A DNA stretch of 64,000 nucleotides from Patescibacteria group bacterium (GCA_041662665.1 JBAZSC010000001.1:385511-449510), one strand, 5' to 3'. Counted from the stretch's first letter, positions 19,001-27,143 are shown. Notes: generated by a model from the letters alone, not told the origin. Program-made: numbers and translations.

Positions 19001-20366
19001 TACTGTTGATATTGGCGTTGTTGATCCAAATAATTCAGGATTTATTGAATTTCAAGTTCAAGTTAATAGCGATGTTCCATTTGGAACAGTTATTTCAAAT
19101 AAAGGAATTGGCAGCTACAACCCAGGAGCAATATTTACGGAAAGCAATATTGTTTCTAATACTGTTTCAAGTGCTGCATTTGGCGGACCAATTATTGTTA
19201 AAAAAGAAGAAAAAAAACCAGTTGTTCAACCTAAAGAAGAAGAAAAAAATATAGAAAAAGAAATAGAAAAAGTTGTCGGTGAAAAATTTGTTGATAATGT
19301 TATTAAAATTTTCGATGATGTTCTTAATTTTCTCAAAAATAAGGATATTCAACAAATAATAAATAATTACGTTGCTCCAATAATAACCGCATTAACAGCC
19401 TTGGGAATATTGGCAGCAATCCCATTTATCAATTCATTGCTTCCATATCTTGCTTATCTTTTACAATATCTTACTCATCCAGTTCTATTTTTTGGCAAAA
19501 GAAAAAGATGGGGAATTGTTTTCGATTCATTAAGTAAACAGCCTCTTGATTTAGCTATTGTCCGTTTGTTTAACAAAAATACCAAAAAATTGCTCGCAAC
19601 TAGAATTACTGATGTTCATGGCCGTTATTTATTTATCGTTGATCCAGGAGATTATTATATTACAGTTGCCAAGCCTTATTATATATTTCCATCAAAATTA
19701 ACAACTGAAAAAACAGAAAATACTTATATTGGTGAAACAATTTCAGTTCAATCAAATAATAACCAAAAAGAAAAAGGCGTTATTGCTTTTGACATTCCTC
19801 TAGACCCACAAGAAGGTTACATGCAAAATCCAGTCAATCCATCAAAAGTAATTGCAACTCCGATAAAGACACTTAGCGATTTACAAACATTGCCAAAAGA
19901 AGTTATTAAAAATGCTGATAACCAATTATTAAAAGTAAGGCGACAATATAAATTCAATCAATTTGTTGCAATCGTTGGTCCAATTATCGGATTATTTTGC
20001 TTAATCATCAGCCCATCAATTTTGACAGCAGTATTATTTGTTTTGGATATAATATTATTCTTTGTCTTCAGGAGATTGGCAGTTAAGCGCATGAATTCAT
20101 GGGGCAAAACAATTGATCAATCCAAGCACAAAGCTTTGCCAAAAACAATTGTCAGACTTTTTGACAATAAATACGGCAGAATGTTGCTAGCTGATATTTC
20201 CAAAGGCGATGGCCGTTATGGCTTCCTAGCTGGCAAAGACAAATATGTTCTAACATCTCAAAAATCTGGTTATGAATTGCCACAAAATAAAATTGAAGTT
20301 CAAGGTGGAAAAGAAGGAGTTATTAGCCAAAATCTAGAATTAAAGAAAGTTATTAAAACTTTTTAA
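16083..20366 (+). CDS. Large multi-pass surface protein: beta-propeller, Ig-like and Fn3-associated repeats, DUF11-like domain, TM segments, two carboxypeptidase-regulatory-like domains
   Basis: Signal peptide; LYAGT/LYVGT repeats; YTTNGDDP and YFTTDGTEP; GDFINYRIDYIN; TDVHGRYLF and GDGRYGF. Confidence 0.75.
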   Translation: MKNLIKNWIVIPTIFVIIAVLIFGNNFYNAQKTDAEVLTWTQVANNVGSTATASILSSNGKIYAGTYDGSGTIGTRLFSSSNGTDWTQVNSDGFGVVANRSTYSLIEFDGAIFAGVSNAAGGLIYRCDLTTDCDQAVNWAAATDPGLSNVNNIEISSLVEYDGYIFAGTRNLVTGAEVWSCQSIVSDCNIQANWSRVDGASGFGDANNVSAASMATFNNALYVGTGRVPGSPTSEVWYCTSCKGVDWNVSNNNGFGDNNQTVQSLVVYDNQLYAGTEKSGGIQSAELWRTSDGTNPANWAQVGADGFGATAVSRTFQSMLVNRDALYVGTGRDDAGTRIWMSIDGATFEQINESGFGNANINSTYGLIALNNYLYSANGNIAGGSVVGSVYRTSLNPAITAGSVTASQVTDGTGRVNISFTLSDPDYNNSRAKVEYSLDNGATWPGKATLSTTDADTTATFGDPKIDNSTAYQVGTAAGYITTSSGANTVNVVWNSKLDAPGANTNNAMIRVTPNDLLYDGTAVSSASFSLDNVAPVISNVTVSPTCGKRNTDLSITVSIDGTQSENPSVTVDGNSATTNNAQAGAESIRYSYRVLGTETQGSDPVVANARDSAGNTSTKSTTVTLDFNAPVITANPDGGAFNSLINVTLTANEQVGKIRYTTNGDDPTVNGTTYRGAIPIDSNTTLKFYAFDTCGNTSDVKTEIYVFDFVAPHTSANPPGGIYENPQAVELTSDKPATIYFTTDGTEPTENSNVYNGRILISENTTLKFFGIDEAGNREATVNTEVYVISSTSPFISLTKTYSISAISAGTSGSGSSMLKKATSVVSNFNVKSKFSLILFIVIAFWLIVSSIYFIFTFFKNRARISKTFSYLFKKQKVFCGTVTIIIAFCLIIELFIGYGTRAASVSRGDFINYRIDYINQGAKSTADLRIVDSISSSTTYITGSINVNGVGRSDSRDNDNADYNETNPGAVTVDIGVVDPNNSGFIEFQVQVNSDVPFGTVISNKGIGSYNPGAIFTESNIVSNTVSSAAFGGPIIVKKEEKKPVVQPKEEEKNIEKEIEKVVGEKFVDNVIKIFDDVLNFLKNKDIQQIINNYVAPIITALTALGILAAIPFINSLLPYLAYLLQYLTHPVLFFGKRKRWGIVFDSLSKQPLDLAIVRLFNKNTKKLLATRITDVHGRYLFIVDPGDYYITVAKPYYIFPSKLTTEKTENTYIGETISVQSNNNQKEKGVIAFDIPLDPQEGYMQNPVNPSKVIATPIKTLSDLQTLPKEVIKNADNQLLKVRRQYKFNQFVAIVGPIIGLFCLIISPSILTAVLFVLDIILFFVFRRLAVKRMNSWGKTIDQSKHKALPKTIVRLFDNKYGRMLLADISKGDGRYGFLAGKDKYVLTSQKSGYELPQNKIEVQGGKEGVISQNLELKKVIKTF

Positions 20367-20371
20367 TACAT

Positions 20372-21196
20372 ATGACAAACCCTCCGCAAATCGAACAAGA
20401 GCCTCAAATTGATCTTGAAGAAGAAAAAATGGATATTACAAATGATCTACGTCAAGAATTAGATGAACATCGCGAAGTTTCGTATGAAAATTATGGTGAA
20501 AAAAAGATCGTTAGCGTAAAAATAGGAGACAAAGTTTATAAATTTTATCCTGATAATCAGGAAGATGCTGATTGGGTTATGGTTACTGAGGATAAAGATG
20601 GAAAATATCTTGACTCCATTGGAATCAATAAAAAATCTGATGTTGAATATCTGGAAAAAATTTTCGAACAAGATATTCCCGATAGTTTACGTCAAGCTAT
20701 AGATGATCATCGCGAAATTTCTTACGAAAATTATGGTGAAAAAAAAGTTATCAAAATACAGCAAGGAGATAAGACCTATAAATTTTTTCCTGACAACCAA
20801 GAACATGCAGATTGGGCAATGGTTACTGAAGATGAAGATGGTAAATATCTTGATTCTATTGGCATTAGCGAAAAATCTGATGTTGAATATCTAGAAAAAA
20901 TTTTCGAACAAGATATTCCAGATGGTTTGCGTCAAGCTTTAGATGAACATCGCGAAGTTTCGTATGAAAATTATGGTGAAAAAAAGATCGTTAGCGTAAA
21001 AATAGGAAACAAAGTTTATAAATTTTATCCTGATAATCAGGAAGATGCTGATTGGGTTATGGTTACTGAGGATAAAGATGGAAAATATCTTGACTCTATT
21101 GGAATAAAGGAAGAATCTGATGTTGAATATCTAGAAAAACTTTTTGAAACACCAACAAAAGAAGAACAAATTGAAGAAGTAAAAAGAGAATTATAA
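20372..21196 (+). CDS. Acidic protein with three tandem 80-aa repeats
   Basis: 240-bp DNA period (AGATGA.CATCGCGAA at 20461, 20701, 20941). Confidence 0.85.
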   Translation: MTNPPQIEQEPQIDLEEEKMDITNDLRQELDEHREVSYENYGEKKIVSVKIGDKVYKFYPDNQEDADWVMVTEDKDGKYLDSIGINKKSDVEYLEKIFEQDIPDSLRQAIDDHREISYENYGEKKVIKIQQGDKTYKFFPDNQEHADWAMVTEDEDGKYLDSIGISEKSDVEYLEKIFEQDIPDGLRQALDEHREVSYENYGEKKIVSVKIGNKVYKFYPDNQEDADWVMVTEDKDGKYLDSIGIKEESDVEYLEKLFETPTKEEQIEEVKREL

Positions 21197-21219
21197 GAAG
21201 TAATTTATAATTTTAAATA

Positions 21220-21243
21220 ATAGGCTGATTTTTCAGCCTATTT
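21220..21243 (+). terminator. Intrinsic terminator
   Basis: ATAGGCTGA-tttt-TCAGCCTAT-TT. Confidence 0.7.
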
Positions 21244-21331
21244 AAATTAGATTGACTTTTATGTCAATTCTGATATTTTTAATTTAAGCAAATTTTATAT
21301 TTTTAGGTTTTTAGGTTATTAAGTTTAACAT

Positions 21332-21418
21332 GCCGCATTCGTCAAGTGGCTAGGACGTATGATTCTCATTCATACAGTCAAAATTTTCCCAGAAAATTTT
21401 GACGGGTTCGATTCCCAT
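21332..21418 (+). pseudogene. Broken tRNA-Glu(CTC) with a 27-nt hairpin in the variable region and no 3' acceptor strand
   Basis: GCCGCAT, D arm GTC..GAC, TATGA-TTCTCAT-TCATA, GTCAAAATTTTC-CCA-GAAAATTTTGAC, GGGTTCGATTCCC; the expected ATGCGGC is absent. Confidence 0.75.
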
Positions 21419-21450
21419 TATATTCTATTTATAATAATAAAATATTTCAT

Positions 21451-21522
21451 GCCCCTATCGTCTAGTGGTTAGGACGCTTGGTTCTCAACCAAGGAACACC
21501 GGTTCGATTCCGGTTAGGGGTA
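21451..21522 (+). tRNA. tRNA-Glu (anticodon CTC)
   Basis: Cloverleaf: GCCCCTA/TAGGGGT acceptor, CTTGG-TTCTCAA-CCAAG, ACCGG-TTCGATT-CCGGT; CCA not encoded. Confidence 0.95.
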
Positions 21523-21593
21523 TTTTTTATGCAAGCATTTTTGTTTTAAATTTAAAATTATGTTAAACTAAATATAATTTAGTATAAAAAACT

Positions 21594-22925
21594 GTGAAAA
21601 ACAAAACCAACAAAAAACCATTATATTGCACAATTTTTCCAGAGTGCTACAAAAATAATCTCAAGCTTTGGGAATGTCCGAGTTTTCTATTTCTAGTTAC
21701 AGGCGTCATAACTATCATTGTTATGATCGCAACTTATATTTTGACCAATATTTATACGTCTCCAGAGTTTGTCGTTTTTAGTGTTATCGCAATTACGATC
21801 ATTCTTATAATTGCTGGTTATTTAATTACTCAAGGAGTTGGCAGAATTACGGAAGCAAAATTAACTGCAGAACGTGAAAAAAAGAAAACTGAATCAATAG
21901 TTATGAATCTTTCCGATGGATTATTGATGCTTGATAATGCTTACAATATTATTTTATTAAATCCTTGCGCAGAAAAATATTTAGGAATTGATAAAAAACA
22001 AATTATTGGTTTAAAAACTTTTGGAAAAGAAATTAATAAATTTCCAAATCTTAAAAAAATCATTAACAAAATTCCAGGAAGTCCAACTGATTTAAAAACA
22101 ATTGAAGAAAATATTTTAATAGAATCGCCTGAAAAAAGATACTTAAGGATAACAACTTCTCCTGTTTACGATAATCGTCGTACTTTTATTGGTTTCGTAA
22201 AAGTCCTGCATGATTTCACCAAAGAAAAAGAAATCGAAAACATGAAAACTGAATTTGTTTCTTTGGCTTCTCATCAGCTTAGAAGTCCTTTGTCTAGTTT
22301 GCGATGGTTATTAGAAATTTTATTACGTGGAAGGATTGGCGCTTTATCAGAAGAGCAAACAAAAGTTTTAACCCAAATGAACGAATCAAATGACAGAATG
22401 ATCAAAACTGTTCAAGATCTTTTGAATGTCTCAAGAATCGAAGAAGGAAGAACTGGTTTAGAGCTTTCATTAACAGACTTTAATCAGATCGTTGACAATG
22501 CAATTAAGGATGTAAATGCGCAAGCTCAAAAAAAACAAATTAAAATAAATTTTGAAAAACAAGATATTAAAAAAGCAATGTTAGATCCAGAAAAGATTAA
22601 AATTGTTGTTCAGAATTTAATTGATAATGCTGTAAAATATACAAAAGAAAAAGGCGAGATTAAAATTAATTCAGAGCTGAAAGATAATAAAATATTTTTT
22701 TCAGTCAAAGATAATGGCATCGGAATCCCAGAAGTAGAGCAAGAAAAAATCTTTACGAAATTCCATAGAAGTAAAAATGCCAAATTACTATCTGTTCATG
22801 GGACGGGTCTAGGATTATATATCGCTAAAAAAATAGTTGAGACTCACAAAGGAAAAATTTGGTTTGCATCCAAACAAGATCAAGGAACGACATTCTACAT
22901 TGAGTTGCCGACAAATATAAGTTAA
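21594..22925 (+). CDS. Sensor histidine kinase (2 TM, PAS, HisKA, HATPase)
   Basis: FVSLASHQLRSPL H-box, NLIDNAVKY, DNGIGI, GTGLGL. Confidence 0.93.
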   Translation: MKNKTNKKPLYCTIFPECYKNNLKLWECPSFLFLVTGVITIIVMIATYILTNIYTSPEFVVFSVIAITIILIIAGYLITQGVGRITEAKLTAEREKKKTESIVMNLSDGLLMLDNAYNIILLNPCAEKYLGIDKKQIIGLKTFGKEINKFPNLKKIINKIPGSPTDLKTIEENILIESPEKRYLRITTSPVYDNRRTFIGFVKVLHDFTKEKEIENMKTEFVSLASHQLRSPLSSLRWLLEILLRGRIGALSEEQTKVLTQMNESNDRMIKTVQDLLNVSRIEEGRTGLELSLTDFNQIVDNAIKDVNAQAQKKQIKINFEKQDIKKAMLDPEKIKIVVQNLIDNAVKYTKEKGEIKINSELKDNKIFFSVKDNGIGIPEVEQEKIFTKFHRSKNAKLLSVHGTGLGLYIAKKIVETHKGKIWFASKQDQGTTFYIELPTNIS

Positions 22926-22992
22926 AGCAATTATTGTATATAGTAATTTTACGTATAACAATTTAGCAGTTTAACAATTTAACAATATAGCT

Positions 22993-23373
22993 ATGCCAAC
23001 AAAAATATTGATTGTCGAAGATGAAACAGCTCTTTTATATGCTCTAAAAGCTGAATTATCACAAAACGATTTTGAAGTTATAGAAGCAATAGATGGTGAA
23101 AAAGGACTTCAAGCTTTGGAAAAACAAATTCCAGATATTATTATTTTAGATTTGCTTTTACCAGGAATTGACGGTTTTGAAGTTTTGCAAAGGATAAAAA
23201 GCAAGCCTGAAATGAAAAATATTCCTGTAATAATTCTTACGAATTTAGGTGATAAAGAAAGTGTTGAGAAGGGCAAGAAATTAGGTGCTGATGATTATTT
23301 AATTAAAACTGATTACTCTTTGGAAGAAGTTATTAATAAATTAAAATCTTTGGTAAATAAAACAAAAAAATGA
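22993..23373 (+). CDS. Single-domain response regulator
   Basis: ILIVEDE, PDIIILDLLLPGIDG, GADDYLIK; no output domain. Confidence 0.93.
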   Translation: MPTKILIVEDETALLYALKAELSQNDFEVIEAIDGEKGLQALEKQIPDIIILDLLLPGIDGFEVLQRIKSKPEMKNIPVIILTNLGDKESVEKGKKLGADDYLIKTDYSLEEVINKLKSLVNKTKK

Positions 23374-24164
23374 GAATAAAAATAATTTTTGTTCTAATAA
23401 TTTTAGCGCTTGCAACTAATTTTACTTGTTTTGCCAGGACTTCTGATCAGCAATCAAACGAATCTTTTACTGAAGAAATTGATAATAAAATAAAACAAGA
23501 AATTTCGGATCAAAAAAAACAAAATGAACAGCAAGTTTCAGATATCAAAAACTTTTTACCTGCTTTAGATGGCATTATTATCGATACAATCGAAAAAAAT
23601 GGAATGACTATTGTTGAAATAAATTCCAATATTTTAACACAAGAAAATAATCAACCAATTTTTTATGTTAAAGAATATATAAAAGATCCTTTTCTTTTTT
23701 TGGCATCAGAACCAAATACTTTTGAATATAAAAATAAGTTTTATAAATTTACTGATACTCCAATCTTTCGCTTTAAATTAAGAAGCGCTCCAAGTGGAAA
23801 AATAGATTTGTCTTATGATTCATCTAAGATTAAAATCAAAAGCGAACAGAATTATGTTATTACAGATTTGAATTTAAGAATTCAAGATGGCGCTTTTTCT
23901 GCAATAAAACAAGATAATGATTACCCAATTAATTTTTTCGCTGATACATTATTCAAAAAGGCAATCAATGGTTATAAAGATTATCAAATCAAAAGTGCAG
24001 ATCTTTCTTTGAATAATAATATTTTAGAATACAAAGTTTCATTAAATATTTCCGGAAAAATATTATGGATGTTTGATACAACTTTTGATTTAATAGCAAC
24101 AATGAATGCTAATAATGGAAAAATATCAGTTGAAAAGCCATGGTGGGAGACTTTCGTGTTCTAG
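23370..24164 (+). CDS. Secreted hypothetical protein
   Basis: Signal peptide; start overlaps the regulator stop (ATGA); C-terminal KPWW. Confidence 0.75.
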   Translation: MRIKIIFVLIILALATNFTCFARTSDQQSNESFTEEIDNKIKQEISDQKKQNEQQVSDIKNFLPALDGIIIDTIEKNGMTIVEINSNILTQENNQPIFYVKEYIKDPFLFLASEPNTFEYKNKFYKFTDTPIFRFKLRSAPSGKIDLSYDSSKIKIKSEQNYVITDLNLRIQDGAFSAIKQDNDYPINFFADTLFKKAINGYKDYQIKSADLSLNNNILEYKVSLNISGKILWMFDTTFDLIATMNANNGKISVEKPWWETFVF

Positions 24165-24204
24165 ATTATCGAAACATTTAAACACTTTAACAAAAAAACA
24201 AGGA

Positions 24205-24277
24205 GCTGGTTGCAGAATCCTTTCTGCAACCACATCATCACTGTTGACATGGTTTCAGAGAGGACTCTGAAACCAGC
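24205..24277. repeat. Inverted doublet of GC-rich hairpins (REPIN-like)
   Basis: GCTGGTTGCAGAA-TCCT-TTCTGCAACCA ... TGGTTTCAGAG-AGGA-CTCTGAAACCAGC. Confidence 0.8.
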
Positions 24278-24334
24278 GAATTGCACTATAATTTGGATTT
24301 TTTTAAATTTCTATATTTTTAGTTTTTTACATAC

Positions 24335-25051
24335 ATGCCAGAAAGAGAACAATTAACTCAAAAAGATATTCAAGGCCCAGAAAAAGAAACATCAGAGCCA
24401 GGTCTTGAAATTGCAAGAACACCTGAATCAGAAACAGTTGTAGATTTAGCTAATGAACTGCACGAAGCAATACAAAATGATTCGCCAATTACTTATGGAA
24501 AAGTTGAAGACTTTAGAGAAGCTTTGGACCAATTAAAATTTAATATTGGCGGAGAAATGATGACAGCCGAAGAAGCAAGAAAGATTCCTGATTTAAAATT
24601 GAATATGGAAATTTGGAAAAGGATAAAAGTCGGTGATTATTCGACTTCGACTATTACTCAAATGACTTATGTAAGTCTAGAGGTAGCAGATATTCTTAAA
24701 AACGTAGGAACTGTGCGTTTGCTAAACGTAAAATATTTTCCTAGCTCAATATTGAGAAAATTATGTGAACGAAAAGGTTATCTTACGCTTGGAATTGAAG
24801 AAATTTCTGATCAAGATGCAGAAATTATTAGTAATCATCAAGGAGAGCTATTTCTTGATAATATAACTCGATTGTCAGTTAAGCAAGCTGAATTTTTAAG
24901 TCAGCATCGAGGACAGCTTTCATTGGCTGGTCTTGAATCATTACCAGATCAAGCAGCAATATATTTCATTGATTTTAAGCATTTTCTTAATGTACAAAGT
25001 AGAATTACAACGCAAATTGGTAGATTAAGAAAAAGGAGTAGAAAGAAATAA
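24335..25051 (+). CDS. Hypothetical protein, paralog A (conserved N-terminus, LRR-like C-terminus)
   Basis: First ~94 aa nearly identical to 25082..25594; ~22-aa LxLxxIxxLSxxQAE repeats. Confidence 0.8.
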   Translation: MPEREQLTQKDIQGPEKETSEPGLEIARTPESETVVDLANELHEAIQNDSPITYGKVEDFREALDQLKFNIGGEMMTAEEARKIPDLKLNMEIWKRIKVGDYSTSTITQMTYVSLEVADILKNVGTVRLLNVKYFPSSILRKLCERKGYLTLGIEEISDQDAEIISNHQGELFLDNITRLSVKQAEFLSQHRGQLSLAGLESLPDQAAIYFIDFKHFLNVQSRITTQIGRLRKRSRKK

Positions 25052-25081
25052 TTATATTTATATTTTTAGTTTTTTACACAA

Positions 25082-25594
25082 ATGCCAGAAAGAGAACCAC
25101 TAACTCAACAAGATATTCAAGGTCCTGAAAAAGAATCAGAAAAGATAGGTCTTGAAATTGCAAGAACACCTGAATCAGAAACAGTTAAAGATTTAGCCAA
25201 TGAATTTCACGAAGCAATACAAAATGATTCGCCAATTACTTATGGAAAAGTTGAAGACTTTAGAGAAGCTTTAGGAAAATTGAAATTTAATATTGGTGGA
25301 GAAATGATGACAGCCGAAGAAGTTAAAAAGATTCCTGATTTAAAAATGAATATGGAAATTTGGGAAGAAATTAGACGCCGAGATTATAGAAGAGTAAGGG
25401 AGCTCACTTTCATAATTCCCGATATCTATCATATTATTAGTCAAACTGGTAGAGTTTTTTCTTTAGAAAAAATTGATTCGTTGCCTGATGAAATTGCATT
25501 ATTATTTTTAGATTTTTCTTTCCAAGTAAAGATTTCAGATAACTTCAAAAAACATTTGACTGAATTGTATATAAAAAGAAGCAATAAATCTTAA
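25082..25594 (+). CDS. Hypothetical protein, paralog B
   Basis: Tandem duplicate including the upstream TATATTTTTAGTTTTTTACA. Confidence 0.8.
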   Translation: MPEREPLTQQDIQGPEKESEKIGLEIARTPESETVKDLANEFHEAIQNDSPITYGKVEDFREALGKLKFNIGGEMMTAEEVKKIPDLKMNMEIWEEIRRRDYRRVRELTFIIPDIYHIISQTGRVFSLEKIDSLPDEIALLFLDFSFQVKISDNFKKHLTELYIKRSNKS

Positions 25595-25620
25595 ATTAAA
25601 TATTTATCCACATAAAAACC

Positions 25621-25702
25621 TTGACAGGTTTTTTTTTATTGCTAGAATATAATTAGCACTAAAGATAAGAGAGTGCTAGTGCTCTCGAAACTAGAGTGCT
25701 AA
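25621..25702 (+). promoter_or_regulatory. sigma70 promoter plus two overlapping CIRCE operators
   Basis: TTGACA-16-TAGAAT; TTAGCACTA-N9-GAGTGCTAG (25653-25679) and CTAGTGCTC-N9-GAGTGCTAA (25676-25702) versus consensus TTAGCACTC-N9-GAGTGCTAA. Confidence 0.88.
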
Positions 25703-25707
25703 TAACC

Positions 25708-25789
25708 CTGTCATCCTGAACCGTAGTGAAGGATCCCGAAAATGAACGCTCATTCATGGGATTCTTCGGCTTCGGCCTCAGAATGACAG
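25708..25789. mobile_element. 82-bp palindromic mini-element (GTCATCCTGA...TCAGAATGAC type)
   Basis: CTGTCATCCTGA...GAAGGATCCC...GGGATTCTTC...TCAGAATGACAG; GC-rich relative to flanks. Confidence 0.65.
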
Positions 25790-25797
25790 ATAAAAAA

Positions 25798-26547
25798 ATG
25801 AATTCAAGACAGAAAACAATTTTAAACGCAATTATCAAAGAATATATCCAAACAGCCGAACCAGTTGGCTCAAAAGTTTTAGTTGAAAAATATCATTTTG
25901 ATTTATCTTCTGCCACACTTCGAAATGAAATGAAAGAATTAGAAGATATGGGATTTTTGACTCAACCTCATACTTCAGCAGGCAGAACTCCAACAGACAA
26001 AGGCTATCGATTTTTTGTGGATAGTTTAATGGGTGAAAAAGAATTAACTTTAAATGAGCAAAGACAATTACAAACAGAATTAATCAAGACCAAAGCAAAA
26101 TATAATAGATTAGCCAAATCAACTGCAAGATTGTTATCCAGATTATCTGACAATTTAGTTATTTCTGGTGTTCTAGATTCTCAAGACATTTGGGAAGCTG
26201 GCATGCCAAAATTATTAAAACAGCCAGAATTCAAAAATCCAGATGAAGTTTATGATGTTGCTGAAGCACTTGATTTATTAGATGAAAATGTTGAAACTCT
26301 ATGCGACAAAGCAAAATCAAAATGCATTAAAGTCTATATCGGCAAAGAAAATCCACTTCATATCAATAATTGTTCAATGATAGTTTCACAGATCAAATAT
26401 CCGTCAGGTGAAAAAGGATTCATCGCCATTATCGGTCCAAAAAGAATGCATTATGATAAAAATATATCGTTGTTAGAACACATAACCAAGTTTTTAGGAT
26501 CAGGTCTATTAATAATTCTATTTTTACCTTTAATTACGAGAATCTAG
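25798..26547 (+). CDS. hrcA: Heat-inducible repressor HrcA (compact, hydrophobic C-terminal tail)
   Basis: EPVGSK, SSATLRNEM, QPHTSAGRTPTDKGYRFFVD, IIGPKRMHY; CIRCE upstream. Confidence 0.93.
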   Translation: MNSRQKTILNAIIKEYIQTAEPVGSKVLVEKYHFDLSSATLRNEMKELEDMGFLTQPHTSAGRTPTDKGYRFFVDSLMGEKELTLNEQRQLQTELIKTKAKYNRLAKSTARLLSRLSDNLVISGVLDSQDIWEAGMPKLLKQPEFKNPDEVYDVAEALDLLDENVETLCDKAKSKCIKVYIGKENPLHINNCSMIVSQIKYPSGEKGFIAIIGPKRMHYDKNISLLEHITKFLGSGLLIILFLPLITRI

Positions 26548-26655
26548 AATTTTGAATCTAGAATCTGGAATTGAATTTAGAATATTGAATAAAAAATTCT
26601 GCATTCTAAATTCTGTATTCATTCAAGATTCTAGATTCCAGATTCAAGATTCATA
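26539..26655. repeat. Heptamer inverted-arm hairpin (AGAATCT / AGATTCT)
   Basis: agaatctagaattttgaatctagaatctggaat ... attcaagattctagattccagattcaagattc. Confidence 0.9.
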
Positions 26656-26666
26656 ATTTAAAAACT

Positions 26667-27143
26667 ATGTTTAAAAAGAAAAACGAGAATAAAGAAATCG
26701 AAGAATTAAAAAAGAAGAGTGACGAGTATCTCAACGGCTGGAAGCGCGCTCAAGCCGATTATCAAAACTTAAGAAAGCAAACAGCCAAAGATCAAGTTGA
26801 TTTTGTAAAGTTCGCAAATGAAAATGTTATCTTAGAAATTATTCCAGTCTTAGATAATTTTCAGTCAGCCTATAATGCAGTACCAAAAGATTTAGAAAAT
26901 AACCCATGGGTACAAGGTATCAAATTCATTAAGAAACAATTAGAAGATGTTCTGGCAAAAAATGGCGTTAAGCAAATTGAATGTCTTAATAAAGAATTTG
27001 ATCCAAAATGTCATGAAGCAGTGAATTACAAAGAAGAAAAAGATAAAGAAAAGAAAGAAAAATTAGTCGTTTGCAAAGAAATATTTAAAGGCTACGAGCT
27101 TAACGGCAAAATAATTAGACCAGCAAAAGTAGAAGTAAAATAA
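26667..27143 (+). CDS. grpE: Nucleotide exchange factor GrpE
   Basis: RAQADYQNLRK, FDPKCHEAV, KGYELNGKIIRPAKVEV. Confidence 0.95.
   Translation: MFKKKNENKEIEELKKKSDEYLNGWKRAQADYQNLRKQTAKDQVDFVKFANENVILEIIPVLDNFQSAYNAVPKDLENNPWVQGIKFIKKQLEDVLAKNGVKQIECLNKEFDPKCHEAVNYKEEKDKEKKEKLVVCKEIFKGYELNGKIIRPAKVEVK

Noticed and set aside
20372-25594. Diversity-generating retroelement explaining the repeats or paralog pair
   Set aside because: No reverse transcriptase in the window, and the differences between copies are not adenine-specific.
25726-25797. N-terminal extension of HrcA, and similarly of DnaJ (29227-29286)
   Set aside because: Both read through palindromic elements; family homology starts at ATG 25798 and 29287.
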